This document shows, piece after piece, positions 29,084 through 38,858 of a DNA stretch of 54,656 bases. The notes under the pieces were generated by a model. That model was not told the origin of the DNA and did not search any database. It saw only the letters and a program-made list of their open reading frames with translations. This stretch comes from Spirochaetia bacterium. GTDB lineage: Bacteria > Spirochaetota > Spirochaetia > SZUA-6 > Fen-1364. Made by a program: the position numbers and the translations under genes. The number at the start of each line of letters is the position of its first letter. Position 1 is the stretch's first letter. The DNA lies in NCBI GenBank assembly GCA_052144915.1, contig JBKQPS010000026.1, positions 1 through 54,656 of the forward strand, written 5' to 3'.

Positions 29084-29905
29084 CTATGACTCGCGTGCCG
29101 TTTCGTTGTTTCGTTCCTGCCGCCCGGCGGCGATCTGCTCCAGCTCTCGACTCAAAGCTTCCAATTCATCGACGCCGGACATGTTTCGGATCATGTCTTC
29201 CAGGCTCAATTCCTTCTTTGTCCAGCTTCCCAGCACCCTGCCATGCTTGAGAATGAAAAACCTGTCGCCGACCGTGTAGGCATGCTGCGGATTGTGGGAA
29301 ATGAATATCACTCCCAGGTCCCGTGCTCTGGCCTGGGCAACGTAACGCAGGACCATGCCTGCCTGTTTCACTCCCAGGGCGGCGGTCGGCTCGTCCAGGA
29401 TCAACACCTTGGCTCCGAAATAAACCGCTCTCGAGATGGCGATGGACTGGCGTTCCCCTCCCGACATGGATCCGACTGGCTGATCGGGATCCCGGATCTC
29501 TATTCCCATTTTCTTCAGTTCCTCGCGCACCGTGCGCTTGGCGAACTCGATATCAAAACGGCGGAGCGGTGCCGATCCTTTCTCCGGCTCGGCTCCAAGA
29601 AAGAAATTGCGCCAGATCGGCATGAGGGGCAGAAGGGACAATTCCTGGTAGACCGTCGCGATTCCCATTGCGCGAGCCTCACGTGGAGAGCGAAGCGTCA
29701 CAGTCTCGCCGTTGAAATGACACGTGCCTTCAGTCGGTTGAAAAACGCCGGAGAGTATCTTGATCAGCGTCGACTTGCCGGCGCCGTTATCCCCCAGCAG
29801 GCAGGTGACCTCACCGCGATACACCTTGGTCGATACTTTGTTCAGCGCGATCACGCTGCCGAACAGCTTGGTAATGTCTCGCACTTCGAGAATCGGTTCG
29901 GCCAT
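29084..29905 (-). CDS. sugar ABC transporter ATP-binding protein (single domain)
   Basis: [23 protein letters not shown]. Confidence 0.95.
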   Translation of the reverse strand: MAEPILEVRDITKLFGSVIALNKVSTKVYRGEVTCLLGDNGAGKSTLIKILSGVFQPTEGTCHFNGETVTLRSPREARAMGIATVYQELSLLPLMPIWRNFFLGAEPEKGSAPLRRFDIEFAKRTVREELKKMGIEIRDPDQPVGSMSGGERQSIAISRAVYFGAKVLILDEPTAALGVKQAGMVLRYVAQARARDLGVIFISHNPQHAYTVGDRFFILKHGRVLGSWTKKELSLEDMIRNMSGVDELEALSRELEQIAAGRQERNNETARES

Positions 29906-30993
29906 CAGGTGACTTCCTCTTCGGTCCGCGCTTTCGCAGCGGCGATGCGAACCTCCTCAGCCCGCTTGCGCGTGAAAGCATTCACCAGGACCGCAACGAT
30001 CAGCATGATCCCCAGGAAGGAATAGAACCAGTCGGTGTCCCACCCCGAAAAGACAATGCCCACTTGGGCCATGCCGAAAATGAGGGCGCCGATGCACGCG
30101 CCTACAACCGACCCATACCCGCCGGTAAGCAGGGTACCGCCGGTGACGACGGCAATGATGTAGACGAATTCCTGGCCAATGCCTTCGCTGGCCACCGAGG
30201 AACGCAACCGCACAATGCCCATCATGCCCACGAGCCAGGCGGCGGCGGCAGTGATCATGAAGAGCGAAATCTTCACACGTTCCGAAGGCACGCCCACATT
30301 GCGGGCGGTGTTGACGTCACCCCCGACGGCAAAGATCCAGTTGCCGTATCGTGTCCGTTGCAGAACCCATGTCGCGATAAGGGCGAGGACGATCCACCAG
30401 ATCGTCGAAGTTCTGAACTGGGTGCCTAACAGAGTGAATTCCGTGTTGAAGAAGCCTCGGGCGCTCATGAAGCCAATCGCCTGATCAATATTGGAAACAG
30501 TCACCTTTGCGGTCACCAGGCGAGTGACCCCGACGTTCGCGCCCCTCAGAACGAAAAAAGTCGCCAGGGTCACGATGAAACTAGGTAGTCGCGTCTTGAC
30601 CACGATCCAGCCGTTGAAGAAGCCCACTGCGAGCGCGAAAATGAGAGATACCAACATCGCCAGCCAAATGCTCGTGTTGAGCTCGGTGGCGAACATCCCC
30701 GCAAGCAGCCCGGTCGTGCCGGTCATGACGCCGGTTGACAGGTCGAACTCGCCGCCGATCATGAGCAGGGCGACCGCGACCGCCATGATGCCCAGGGTCG
30801 AGGACGAGTCGAGGATGCGAGCCACGCCCGTGATTGACAGCCAGTTTTCGGGCGCCATGAGGGCAAAGAAAGCCCACACCACAACGGCCCCGATCACAGC
30901 CCCCGCTTCGACTCGCCGGAACACCCTGCGGACACGGCCGGTCTTGGCAATTCGCTGGTCGGTTGTAAGCATCCTCGCATTTTGAAATGCCAT
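29905..30993 (-). CDS. sugar ABC transporter permease
   Basis: [38 protein letters not shown]; start uncertain (30993 used). Confidence 0.92.
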   Translation of the reverse strand: MAFQNARMLTTDQRIAKTGRVRRVFRRVEAGAVIGAVVVWAFFALMAPENWLSITGVARILDSSSTLGIMAVAVALLMIGGEFDLSTGVMTGTTGLLAGMFATELNTSIWLAMLVSLIFALAVGFFNGWIVVKTRLPSFIVTLATFFVLRGANVGVTRLVTAKVTVSNIDQAIGFMSARGFFNTEFTLLGTQFRTSTIWWIVLALIATWVLQRTRYGNWIFAVGGDVNTARNVGVPSERVKISLFMITAAAAWLVGMMGIVRLRSSVASEGIGQEFVYIIAVVTGGTLLTGGYGSVVGACIGALIFGMAQVGIVFSGWDTDWFYSFLGIMLIVAVLVNAFTRKRAEEVRIAAAKARTEEEVT

Positions 30994-31106
30994 AGAGAAT
31001 CCTCCTTGCCTCACCGACCAGAATGGTGTCCGCAATGGGGACAAAACAAAGAGTGCGGAATGCTATTTGTCCACTCCGCACTCTGCTTCTTCATGCGCCC
31101 GAAAGT

Positions 31107-32054
31107 CTATCGGGTTCCCTTTTTGGCGAGATCCCTCACCAAAGCGGCGTTGCTCTTGTCAACAATGCCAGGGCCGGTGAGGATAGGCAGCCCACCGCCG
31201 ACGGTGTTCAGGTTCGTCTTGTACAGGTACAGCATGACGACCGGCAGGTATCCCTGGAGATATTCCTGCTGGTCGATTGCAAACATGATGTCGCCCTTCG
31301 TAATGGAATCGAGAACATCGGAGCTGAGGTCGAACGTCGCGATCTTCTGCGAGCCATGAGTGTCCTTGACCGCGTCAAGAGCCGCTTCGGCGATGACCGT
31401 GTTCAGCGTCAGTATGCCGTCGATGCTCTTGTCCTGGATGAGCTTGTCCTGAATGGCCGCGACTGTTCCTGAAACATCTCTGACTCCCGTGGTGGCGACG
31501 TTGAATCGCACAACCTCGCCCTTGAATGTCTCCGCGGCGCCGTCGGCGCGTGCTTCGAGGCCAACGTTTCCTTCTTCATGGATCACGACGAGCAGCTTCT
31601 TCACGCCAGCCTTGTTGAATTGCTCACCGGCGCCATTTCCGGCGACTTTTTCAGTCTGCCCCACGTGAGCCATCACTCCGAAATCTTTGTACTTGTCGAC
31701 GCCCGAATTGATGCTGATCACCGGGATGTGGGCATCCGTCGCTTTCTTGATCGCGTCCTTGAGAGCGTCGGCAAAAGACAGGTCCACAATGATCCCGTCC
31801 ACTTTTGCGGCGACGTAGGTCTCGATCAACTGAGCCTGCTCCAATGGCTGGTTGCTGCCGCCCCATTTGAGGGTGATGCCGTAGGTCGCCGCTGCGTCCT
31901 TGGCGCCTTTCACCACAACTCCCCAGAAGACATCGACGGCCGGGTTTTCATGGACGGCCAGACCAAGAACCAGCGGCTTGGGCGCTGCGAAGGCAAAGCC
32001 ACTCACGGCAAGCGCAAATGCCACCACGCTCAGAATCGTAATGAATCGTTTCAT
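31107..32054 (-). CDS. sugar ABC transporter substrate-binding protein (probably inositol)
   Basis: Signal peptide MKRFITILSVVAFALAVSGFAFA; FWGVV, INSG, AIDQQEYLQGY, TGP. Confidence 0.9.
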   Translation of the reverse strand: MKRFITILSVVAFALAVSGFAFAAPKPLVLGLAVHENPAVDVFWGVVVKGAKDAAATYGITLKWGGSNQPLEQAQLIETYVAAKVDGIIVDLSFADALKDAIKKATDAHIPVISINSGVDKYKDFGVMAHVGQTEKVAGNGAGEQFNKAGVKKLLVVIHEEGNVGLEARADGAAETFKGEVVRFNVATTGVRDVSGTVAAIQDKLIQDKSIDGILTLNTVIAEAALDAVKDTHGSQKIATFDLSSDVLDSITKGDIMFAIDQQEYLQGYLPVVMLYLYKTNLNTVGGGLPILTGPGIVDKSNAALVRDLAKKGTR

Positions 32055-32199
32055 ACACGCTCCTTTTCTTCAGCGATCGATCATACGCTGGAAACCTCCC
32101 GACCGTATCCTCCTTTCTTTCGGAAACTGCTGCGCTGCCTTCCTCCGCCTCGACGTAAGACGCCGCGTGTTGCGCTCTCGATGGATGCAGCTGGATGTG

Positions 32200-32249
32200 C
32201 GAGTCATCGCTGCCGCACTCGATTGTCGACACGCGGCGGCGATGACTCG
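32200..32249. other. long intercistronic stem-loop
   Basis: cgagtcatcgctgccgc (32200-32216) pairs with gcggcggcgatgactcg (32233-32249) at 16 of 17 positions. Confidence 0.7.
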
Positions 32250-32300
32250 TCCCTGACGCAAGGGTCTGCGCCGACCCCATTATGCCGACTCAGCCCTCCC

Positions 32301-33425
32301 TCATCCTTTTGTGAACGGCCCCATGGCGGGCAGCTCGAACACCGACTTCCATCCCGGGCTGAACGGCTCCTTCAGGAACGGCTCCAGTTCCTTGGGGTCG
32401 CGCAGCGTGATCTTGTCTATGGGAGGGAGCTTCCCGGAGGGGAACGTATCCAATATCTGGTCCACCACAAGAGTGAGGTAGCTGAGGATCGCCGCGATCG
32501 GCCGTTTGGCCTTCTCCGCGGTCGCGAGCGACGGCTCACCCACCACGCCTTCGGGGGTTCCGCGCCTTTCAATGGCCGCATGTCCCTCGCCCTCCGACCA
32601 GCGGTGGGGCCGCCGCCACGGGTCCACCGACGTGTCGAAGTGGCCTCCCGGAAGGTAGCTGGGTCCGCGAGCGTCCTTGACGTACTTCATGTCGATCATG
32701 TCGGCGAACATGAGCAGGGCCACCGCGGTCTCGCTCTCATCCGCGTGGATGAAGGTCGTTTCCAGCGAGTCCGCCCTGTCTATGGGAATGAAGAACTCCC
32801 TCACGGCGCGGTGCCAATCCAGTACCTGGAAAATCCCCGGGAGCTGGAAGCGTTTGAGGAACTCGTGCAGCGCCGTCTCCAGCATCCACAGCTGGCCGTG
32901 GTTGTTGATGATGATCTGTTTCCTGTAGCCGTCGTTCCACAGCCCCAGCATCACGTAGATCAGGTTCTCCACCACCACTTCCTGCGGCACCATGATCGTG
33001 CCCGGCATCCCGAGGTGATGGTAGGGGTGTCCGCCGTAGTTCAGGGGCGGGCAGGCCAGGTTCACCTCCCGTCCCTTCTTGGCGGTGTACCGCCGCACCC
33101 CCTCGCAGATCTGCGTGACCATGAAGTTGTCCAGACCGCTGTTGGCATGATCGCCGTGGTTTTCCGTGGTACCCACGGGGATGAGCACGATATCGTTCTT
33201 CTTCCGCTTCTCGTTCTGCCTCGCCCGCGGCGTGGTCTGGATGTAGGAGCCCGCCTTGCCCAGCTCAGAGGGCGATGGGATCTCGTACTCCTTGAGGATC
33301 GCCTCGACGCGCGACATCGGCGCGTCGAATATCTCCTTCTTCAACCTGCCGACCTCGTTGTCTTCGAAGACGATGAGCGGATGGCTCGTCGTCAGGAACT
33401 TCATCTCGGTCTTCGCTATTGCCAT
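32301..33425 (-). CDS. iolN: 3-dehydro-scyllo-inosose hydrolase (creatininase family)
   Basis: PVGTTENHGDH, YGGHPYHHLGMPGT, INNHG, FIHADESET, GVVG; directly downstream of iolM; RBS AAGGAG before ATG 33425. Confidence 0.85.
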   Translation of the reverse strand: MAIAKTEMKFLTTSHPLIVFEDNEVGRLKKEIFDAPMSRVEAILKEYEIPSPSELGKAGSYIQTTPRARQNEKRKKNDIVLIPVGTTENHGDHANSGLDNFMVTQICEGVRRYTAKKGREVNLACPPLNYGGHPYHHLGMPGTIMVPQEVVVENLIYVMLGLWNDGYRKQIIINNHGQLWMLETALHEFLKRFQLPGIFQVLDWHRAVREFFIPIDRADSLETTFIHADESETAVALLMFADMIDMKYVKDARGPSYLPGGHFDTSVDPWRRPHRWSEGEGHAAIERRGTPEGVVGEPSLATAEKAKRPIAAILSYLTLVVDQILDTFPSGKLPPIDKITLRDPKELEPFLKEPFSPGWKSVFELPAMGPFTKG

Positions 33426-33436
33426 TGACTTCTCCT

Positions 33437-34642
33437 TCAATTCCCCGGGTTGACGCAGCTGATCTTGGACTCTTTCTTGTCCGTGCGGAGGCTCACGATG
33501 TGCTCGGGCACCTGCGCGAGGGCGACCTCCTTGGTGATCATGGGCCGCATGTCCATTCCACTCGCCATCATCTGGATGACGTGCGGGAACGTGCCGTCTC
33601 CGGAGTGACCCTGGGTGCCGACGATCTGCGCACGGCGGACCTGGAGCACTTCGCCGGTCACGGGCATCTTCGCATCGGCGCGGGCAACCACCACGACGGT
33701 CGCATTCAGTGTCCGCCCTTCCCAGATGCATGCCTCGATCTGAGGGTAGACCACCGTGGGGAGGCCCGTCGCCTCCAGGTACAGCTTGGCCGCCATGCCG
33801 TGGGTGATCTCCAGCACCCGCTCCTTCAGGTCCTCTTTCAAGGGGTTGATCACCTCGTCCGCGCCGAGCTTCTTCGCCACTGCGGCCCGGGCAGGTTCCG
33901 GCTCCGAGAGGATGACTTTTGAGGCACCCGCACGCTTCAGGATTGCGATCGCCGCGAGACCCACGGGGCCCGAGCCGCAAATCACGACATTGTCACCAGG
34001 CCTGATCCCGCCGCCGCGCACGATGACGCCGGTGTAGGCGACGCTTGTCGGCTCCACCATGCTTCCAAGCCGGAACACGTCCGCTTCGCTGTGGCGCTCG
34101 CGAAGCGGATCGAGGCTCCATATTGTTCGGTCAGGAACGACGAGGTACTTGGCGAATCCCCCGTTCACATTGAAGCCGATCTCGTCGAGCCTCTCGCAGT
34201 GGTTGGGGAAGCCGTCTGCGCACGGCTGGCACGAGCCGCACCAGAGCATCTCCTCCGTACAGACCCACTCTCCGCCCTTGAATGGCTTGTTCGTCACCTT
34301 GTCCTTTGCGCCGGGTCCGGCATCCCGCACAACTCCCGCAAGCTCGTGGCCGAGCGTGCAGGGAAATCCCGTGAGCCCAGGATAGAAGATGTAGCCGTCC
34401 GGCTCGGTCTGCGCCATGTGGACGTCGCTGCCGCAAATGCCGCACTGCCTGACCTCGATGAGGACTTCTTTCGGCCCCGGCGTGGGGATCGGCACGTCTT
34501 CGATGACGAGCTTCGGGTTCCGCCAGACGCGGCTTCCCAGATAGGTCTGCTTCCTATCGATATCCTTCGCGCCGAGCTTGAAGCCAGGCTTTGGTTCCCA
34601 ATCCGCGTGCATCCTGACTGCTTTCATTTTTGTCTCTGCCAT
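33437..34642 (-). CDS. iolM: scyllo-inosose 3-dehydrogenase (Zn-dependent)
   Basis: Distinctive N-terminus AVRMHADWEPKPGFKLGAKDIDRKQTYLGSRVWR and CGSDVHMAQT..GYI.YPGLTGFP.TLGHE, as recalled for Thermotoga IolM; QGHSG. Confidence 0.88.
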   Translation of the reverse strand: MAETKMKAVRMHADWEPKPGFKLGAKDIDRKQTYLGSRVWRNPKLVIEDVPIPTPGPKEVLIEVRQCGICGSDVHMAQTEPDGYIFYPGLTGFPCTLGHELAGVVRDAGPGAKDKVTNKPFKGGEWVCTEEMLWCGSCQPCADGFPNHCERLDEIGFNVNGGFAKYLVVPDRTIWSLDPLRERHSEADVFRLGSMVEPTSVAYTGVIVRGGGIRPGDNVVICGSGPVGLAAIAILKRAGASKVILSEPEPARAAVAKKLGADEVINPLKEDLKERVLEITHGMAAKLYLEATGLPTVVYPQIEACIWEGRTLNATVVVVARADAKMPVTGEVLQVRRAQIVGTQGHSGDGTFPHVIQMMASGMDMRPMITKEVALAQVPEHIVSLRTDKKESKISCVNPGN

Positions 34643-34665
34643 AAAACCATCCTCCTCGCAGTTGT

Positions 34666-34725
34666 TTGTAAACGTTTACAATCTGCTCAACGAGGTGATT
34701 GTAAACGATCTCATAAAATTGTCAA
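34666..34725 (-). promoter_or_regulatory. iolM promoter with LacI-type operators
   Basis: Perfect palindrome TTGTAAACGTTTACAA (34666-34681); second site TTGTAAACGATCTCAT (34699-34714) overlaps minus-strand TTGACA-N16-TACAAT (34725-34698). Confidence 0.8.
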
Positions 34726-34743
34726 GCATGAATGGACTTTTGA

Positions 34744-35847
34744 CTATTGGACCAAGCTTGTCTTTCGAACGATCAGCTCCGGCTCGAGGACAACGACCTG
34801 GCGACCCCTGCCTGTCTCCCTGGAGACCGCAGCATTATCGGTTTCCTCCGCGCATGCCGTCATGCCGCTGTCCGCTTGGTGGCCGTTTCGGGCTTCCCCC
34901 CTGGCAGCATCTTCCTTCCAACAGATCTCTTCCAGGAGAATTCTCACAGCGGTCTTCCCCATCTCGTACTTCGGCTGGCAAACGGTCGTGAGCTGAATAT
35001 TCTCGAACGAGGCGAAGTGGATGTCATCGAATCCCACCACCGCGACATCCGCCGGCACGGCAAGGCCCATGCTCCGAACCCCTTCGATGACCCCGAGGGC
35101 CAGCAGGTCATTCTCTGCAAAGATCGCCCGAGGGTAATCGCCTCCCCCGATCATCTCTCGAACCAGATTGGTTCCCGCCTCCTGGGTGAAATGGCCGAGC
35201 TTGATATCGCGTTCTTCGATCGGAAGGCCATACCGCTTCATGGCGAGCTTGAAGCCTTCGAGACGCCCATCATCGGGCATGGATTGCTCCACCGCCCCAA
35301 TGAAGCCGATTTTCCGGTAGCCCGCCTCAATGAGGTGCCGGGTGGCGATGAAGCCGCCGCGGATATTATCGATCACCACGTAGCTGCGTTCGGTGTTCTG
35401 AGGAGGCCGGTCGACATAGACGACAGGGATCGAGTTGAACAGCCGCTCCTGGGCGGGATCCACAAAATTCGAAACCGGGGCAATGACGAGTCCGTCCACC
35501 CTCTTTTCCGCCAGAAGCTCGATGTACTGCGCCTGCCGATCCTGTTCCCAGTTGGTGTTGCAGAGAAACACGCTGTAGCCCTGCTCTTTGGCCCCCTCCT
35601 CGATGCCACGAGCCACTTCCGGAAAATACGGGTTGGTGATATCGGGAATGAGGAGGCCAATACTCTTTGTCCGCTTGTTGACGAGCCCACGCGCGATGCC
35701 GTTCGGGCTGTAGTTCAGCCGCTTTGCGACCTCGAGAATTCTCTCACGGGTTTCACGCCGCACTCCGTACTTGTTGTTGTAGGCGCGCGAAACGGTTGCG
35801 TATGATACGTTTGCCTCCCTGGCGATATCCTTGATTGTGGCGTTCAT
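34744..35847 (-). CDS. LacI-family transcriptional regulator
   Basis: TIKDIAREANVSYATVSRA, YSPNGIARGL, IPDITNPYF, VVGFDD, LTTV.QP; start ATG 35847. Confidence 0.95.
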   Translation of the reverse strand: MNATIKDIAREANVSYATVSRAYNNKYGVRRETRERILEVAKRLNYSPNGIARGLVNKRTKSIGLLIPDITNPYFPEVARGIEEGAKEQGYSVFLCNTNWEQDRQAQYIELLAEKRVDGLVIAPVSNFVDPAQERLFNSIPVVYVDRPPQNTERSYVVIDNIRGGFIATRHLIEAGYRKIGFIGAVEQSMPDDGRLEGFKLAMKRYGLPIEERDIKLGHFTQEAGTNLVREMIGGGDYPRAIFAENDLLALGVIEGVRSMGLAVPADVAVVGFDDIHFASFENIQLTTVCQPKYEMGKTAVRILLEEICWKEDAARGEARNGHQADSGMTACAEETDNAAVSRETGRGRQVVVLEPELIVRKTSLVQ

Positions 35848-35873
35848 TCCGGATCCTGCTTGACTCAGCAATA

Positions 35874-35898
35874 TGGCAAACGCTTGCAACACTGTCAA
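35874..35898 (-). promoter_or_regulatory. LacI-type operator and -35 box between the regulator and the divergent epimerase
   Basis: TGGCAAACGCTTGCAA (35874-35889) next to minus-strand TTGACA (35898-35893). Confidence 0.65.
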
Positions 35899-36025
35899 GG
35901 CTTCAGGCGATTCCCGGTCTCCGGCCACTGATGGACGGTCGAGGGTAGAAGCAAAAGTTCGCCGCCGACCCGCATTCGCCCGTATATTGACTTTTGACCC
36001 GAAGTGTTCATGCTCGGAGGAGGGT

Positions 36026-36841
36026 ATGCGCTATCGGTTTCCACTTTCTTTCCAGACAACCCTACCGGACGACTATCGAGAGCACGGGGCCTTTCTTTCC
36101 CTCCTGAAAACCCTTCGGGGGCTCGGTTTCCTCGGCGTGGAGCTCAACATGAGCGATCCGCGGAATTTCCAACGGGAGGCAATCGAGGAGTTCCTCGGCC
36201 GGCATGATCTCCGCCTGTCGATGCTCGCCACAGGCCTCACGGCGAAGCGGTTGGGGCTGTCGCTCTCCCATCCCGACGAGCTGGTGCGGCGCCGGTCGGT
36301 GGACATCTGCAAGCATTGTATCGATTGGGTCGCAGGCTCCGGCACCGGGGTGATCGTCGGCTTCCTGAAAGGAGGGGTGGTCCCGGACGCGGAAGCAGCG
36401 CGAGGTCATTTCGCCCGGTCCCTTGCCGAGGTTGCGCCGTACGCGGCGGAGCGGTCGGTCGCCGTCCTCATTGAAGCAACGAATCGATATGAATCCTCCG
36501 TGGCGAATACGATCGAAGAGGCTGCCGCGTGCCTCCAGCCCTATGACGCCGCGTACGCCCAGCTTCTCCCGGATACGTTCCACATGAATATCGAAGAGGC
36601 GAACATGTTCGCGAGCCTTGACAGGCATCGGGACCGTTTTCGCTCCTTTCATCTCTCGGACAACACCAGATTCTTTCCCGGGTTCGGCGCGATAGATTTC
36701 GGAAGGATCCTTGGGTTCCTGACGGAGATGGGCTACCGTGGACAGCTCGCCATCGAAGGCAATGTCCGCTCCGACATTGAAGGCGAGCTCCACGCGTGCA
36801 TGGCACGGCTCGCGCCTTTGCTGGAGATGCGTGACGCCTGA
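36026..36841 (+). CDS. sugar phosphate isomerase/epimerase (IolO-like TIM barrel)
   Basis: IEATNRYE, DTFHMNIEE, HLSDN.R..PG.G, IE; RBS GGAGGAGG. Confidence 0.88.
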   Translation: MRYRFPLSFQTTLPDDYREHGAFLSLLKTLRGLGFLGVELNMSDPRNFQREAIEEFLGRHDLRLSMLATGLTAKRLGLSLSHPDELVRRRSVDICKHCIDWVAGSGTGVIVGFLKGGVVPDAEAARGHFARSLAEVAPYAAERSVAVLIEATNRYESSVANTIEEAAACLQPYDAAYAQLLPDTFHMNIEEANMFASLDRHRDRFRSFHLSDNTRFFPGFGAIDFGRILGFLTEMGYRGQLAIEGNVRSDIEGELHACMARLAPLLEMRDA

Positions 36842-36887
36842 TGCGGGGCGCTGCTCCGGTGATCCCGTCGATGCTTCTCGCTGCCGA

Positions 36888-36900
36888 GCTGGTTCAAATG
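36888..36900. repeat. 13-bp direct repeat, copy 2
   Basis: GCTGGTTCAAATG, identical to 27753-27765. Confidence 0.6.
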
Positions 36901-36941
36901 ACCGAGGGAGTGTATGATGCGGGCACACCAGGAGGTCACGG

Positions 36942-37778
36942 ATGATCGACAAAAAGCGGTTCGCATTGAACAGGATTGCCTGCCCGTCACTCGGCCTGGA
37001 GGATCTCTTCAAGTTCACGGCTGATCTCGGCCTCTCCAAAGTCGAAATCCGCAACGACCTGCCGGGAGGCGCGGTGATCGACGGCATGCCGGCGGCGAAA
37101 GCCGCCGAATTGGCCCAGCGCCACGGCATCAGGATCCTCAGCATCAACGCCCTGCAGAAGTTCAACCTGGGGGCTGTTCAGGAAAAGAACCACGACGAGC
37201 TGGCGAAGCTCCTCGAGCTTGCCGCGGCGCTTCAGTGCACCGCGATCGTGCTGTGTCCGAACAACGACACCCGGGATCACAGGGACCCCGCGCACCGGGT
37301 CGAAGAGACCATCGCTGCTCTGAAGGCTTTCGGGCCCGCATTCACGAAACGCGGCGTGCAGGGCTGGGTGGAGCCCCTGGGATTTTCCGAATCCTCACTG
37401 GCCTCCGTCGTTGTGGCGAGCGAGGCGGTGAAGCGCGCGGGTTTCCCCTGCTACAAGATTGTCTACGACACTTTCCACCACTACCTCGGTCCTGACACGG
37501 AAAAAGACATCGACGGCACTTTCGCTTCGTCCCAGGTCGGACTCATCCACGCCTCTGGTGTCGAGGCATCGATTCCGAAACAGAGCTTCCGCGACGCGCA
37601 CCGTGTGCTCCTCTCTCCCGCCGACCGCACGGGGAGCAGGGAACAGATCGCCCGCCTGGTGACCCTCGGCTACACGGGCGACATCTCCTTCGAGCCGTTT
37701 TCCGCTGAGGTGCAACGGCTGAGCCGCGATGCGCTTGCCGCCGCGCTGACAAAGAGTATCGAGTACCTGAGGACCTGA
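36942..37778 (+). CDS. xylose-isomerase-like TIM barrel protein, probable inosose isomerase
   Basis: FALNR, VEIRND, SINALQKFN, VEPLGF, DTFHH, DAHRVL, SFEPF; inositol context; RBS AGGAGG. Confidence 0.8.
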   Translation: MIDKKRFALNRIACPSLGLEDLFKFTADLGLSKVEIRNDLPGGAVIDGMPAAKAAELAQRHGIRILSINALQKFNLGAVQEKNHDELAKLLELAAALQCTAIVLCPNNDTRDHRDPAHRVEETIAALKAFGPAFTKRGVQGWVEPLGFSESSLASVVVASEAVKRAGFPCYKIVYDTFHHYLGPDTEKDIDGTFASSQVGLIHASGVEASIPKQSFRDAHRVLLSPADRTGSREQIARLVTLGYTGDISFEPFSAEVQRLSRDALAAALTKSIEYLRT

Positions 37779-37780
37779 AA

Positions 37781-38788
37781 CTAGGACCGCCGAACGTTCT
37801 TCCGCACGTCGATGGTCACGGCCACGACGATGATGATGGCGCGCGCGACCTGCTGGAAGTCCGCGGAGACGTTCAGGATATCCAGACCGTTCTTCATGAC
37901 GCCGATGATGAGAGCGCCAATGAGCGTGCCTTGCGCGCTCCCGAGTCCTCCCGCGAGGCTCGTGCCGCCGATGACCGACGCGGCAATCGCGTCCAGCTCG
38001 TAGCCGAGGCCGAGGCCCGGCTGGCCCGAGCCGATTCGTGCCGTCAGAACGATTGCGGCGACCCCGGCGAGAAAACCGGCGTAGGTGTAGACCAGGATCA
38101 GGTAGCGGTCGGTTTTGATGCCCGAGACCACGGCGGCCTGCAGGTTGCTGCCCAGTGCGTACGTATAGCGGCCCCACAGGGTATGCTGAAGGATCACGTA
38201 CGTGATCACCACGCACACCAGGAGCACGATCGCGGGGTTGGGGATCCCGAGAATGTCTCCCTGCCCGATGGACTGGAAAGAATCGATGAGGCTCCCGCGC
38301 GGCCGGCCCTGGGAGTAGATGAACGCCCAGCCCCGGGCAAAAGTCATCATGCCGAGGGTCGCGATGAACGGCGGGATCTTCAGCTTGCTGATCATGGCGC
38401 CGTTGAGGAACCCGATGAACGTGCCCGCGGCAAGCCCGATGAGGAGCACGAGGCCCACGGGCCACGGGTGCCCGCCGGCGTACAGCCTGTCCATGGCATC
38501 CGCGCTCTGCAGGAAGCCCGCGACGGTGACGGCCACAAAGGCGACCACCGCTCCCGAGGAAAGGTCGATACCCGCGGTGATGATGCACATCGTGACGCCA
38601 AGGGCGATGATCCCGATGACGCTGATCTGACGAAGGACATTCAGCAGGTTGTTGATCCGCAGGAAAAGACCGCCGGAGAGGATTGCGATGACGACGGACA
38701 GCCCCACGAAGATGAGCAGGATGCTGTACTTGCTCATGAACGCGAGGACCGGTGATTCCCTGACGGCTGCTCGTTCGGCTTCAATCAC
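37781..38788 (-). CDS. sugar ABC transporter permease (RbsC/MglC-like)
   Basis: GIDLSSG, IPPFIATLG, YELDAIAASVIGGTSLAGG; GTG 38788 after a GGAGG RBS. Confidence 0.93.
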   Translation of the reverse strand: MIEAERAAVRESPVLAFMSKYSILLIFVGLSVVIAILSGGLFLRINNLLNVLRQISVIGIIALGVTMCIITAGIDLSSGAVVAFVAVTVAGFLQSADAMDRLYAGGHPWPVGLVLLIGLAAGTFIGFLNGAMISKLKIPPFIATLGMMTFARGWAFIYSQGRPRGSLIDSFQSIGQGDILGIPNPAIVLLVCVVITYVILQHTLWGRYTYALGSNLQAAVVSGIKTDRYLILVYTYAGFLAGVAAIVLTARIGSGQPGLGLGYELDAIAASVIGGTSLAGGLGSAQGTLIGALIIGVMKNGLDILNVSADFQQVARAIIIVVAVTIDVRKNVRRS

Positions 38789-38858
38789 GGACTGCCCCCT
38801 CCGGGTGTGCTGCCACGTCACCGTGGCCGCACGATGCCGCGGACTCCCGCGGCCGCAT

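Noticed and set aside
33426-33980. N-terminal extension of the 559-aa ORF containing iolN
   Set aside because: It overlaps iolM out of frame; an RBS and ATG at 33425 give the normal start.
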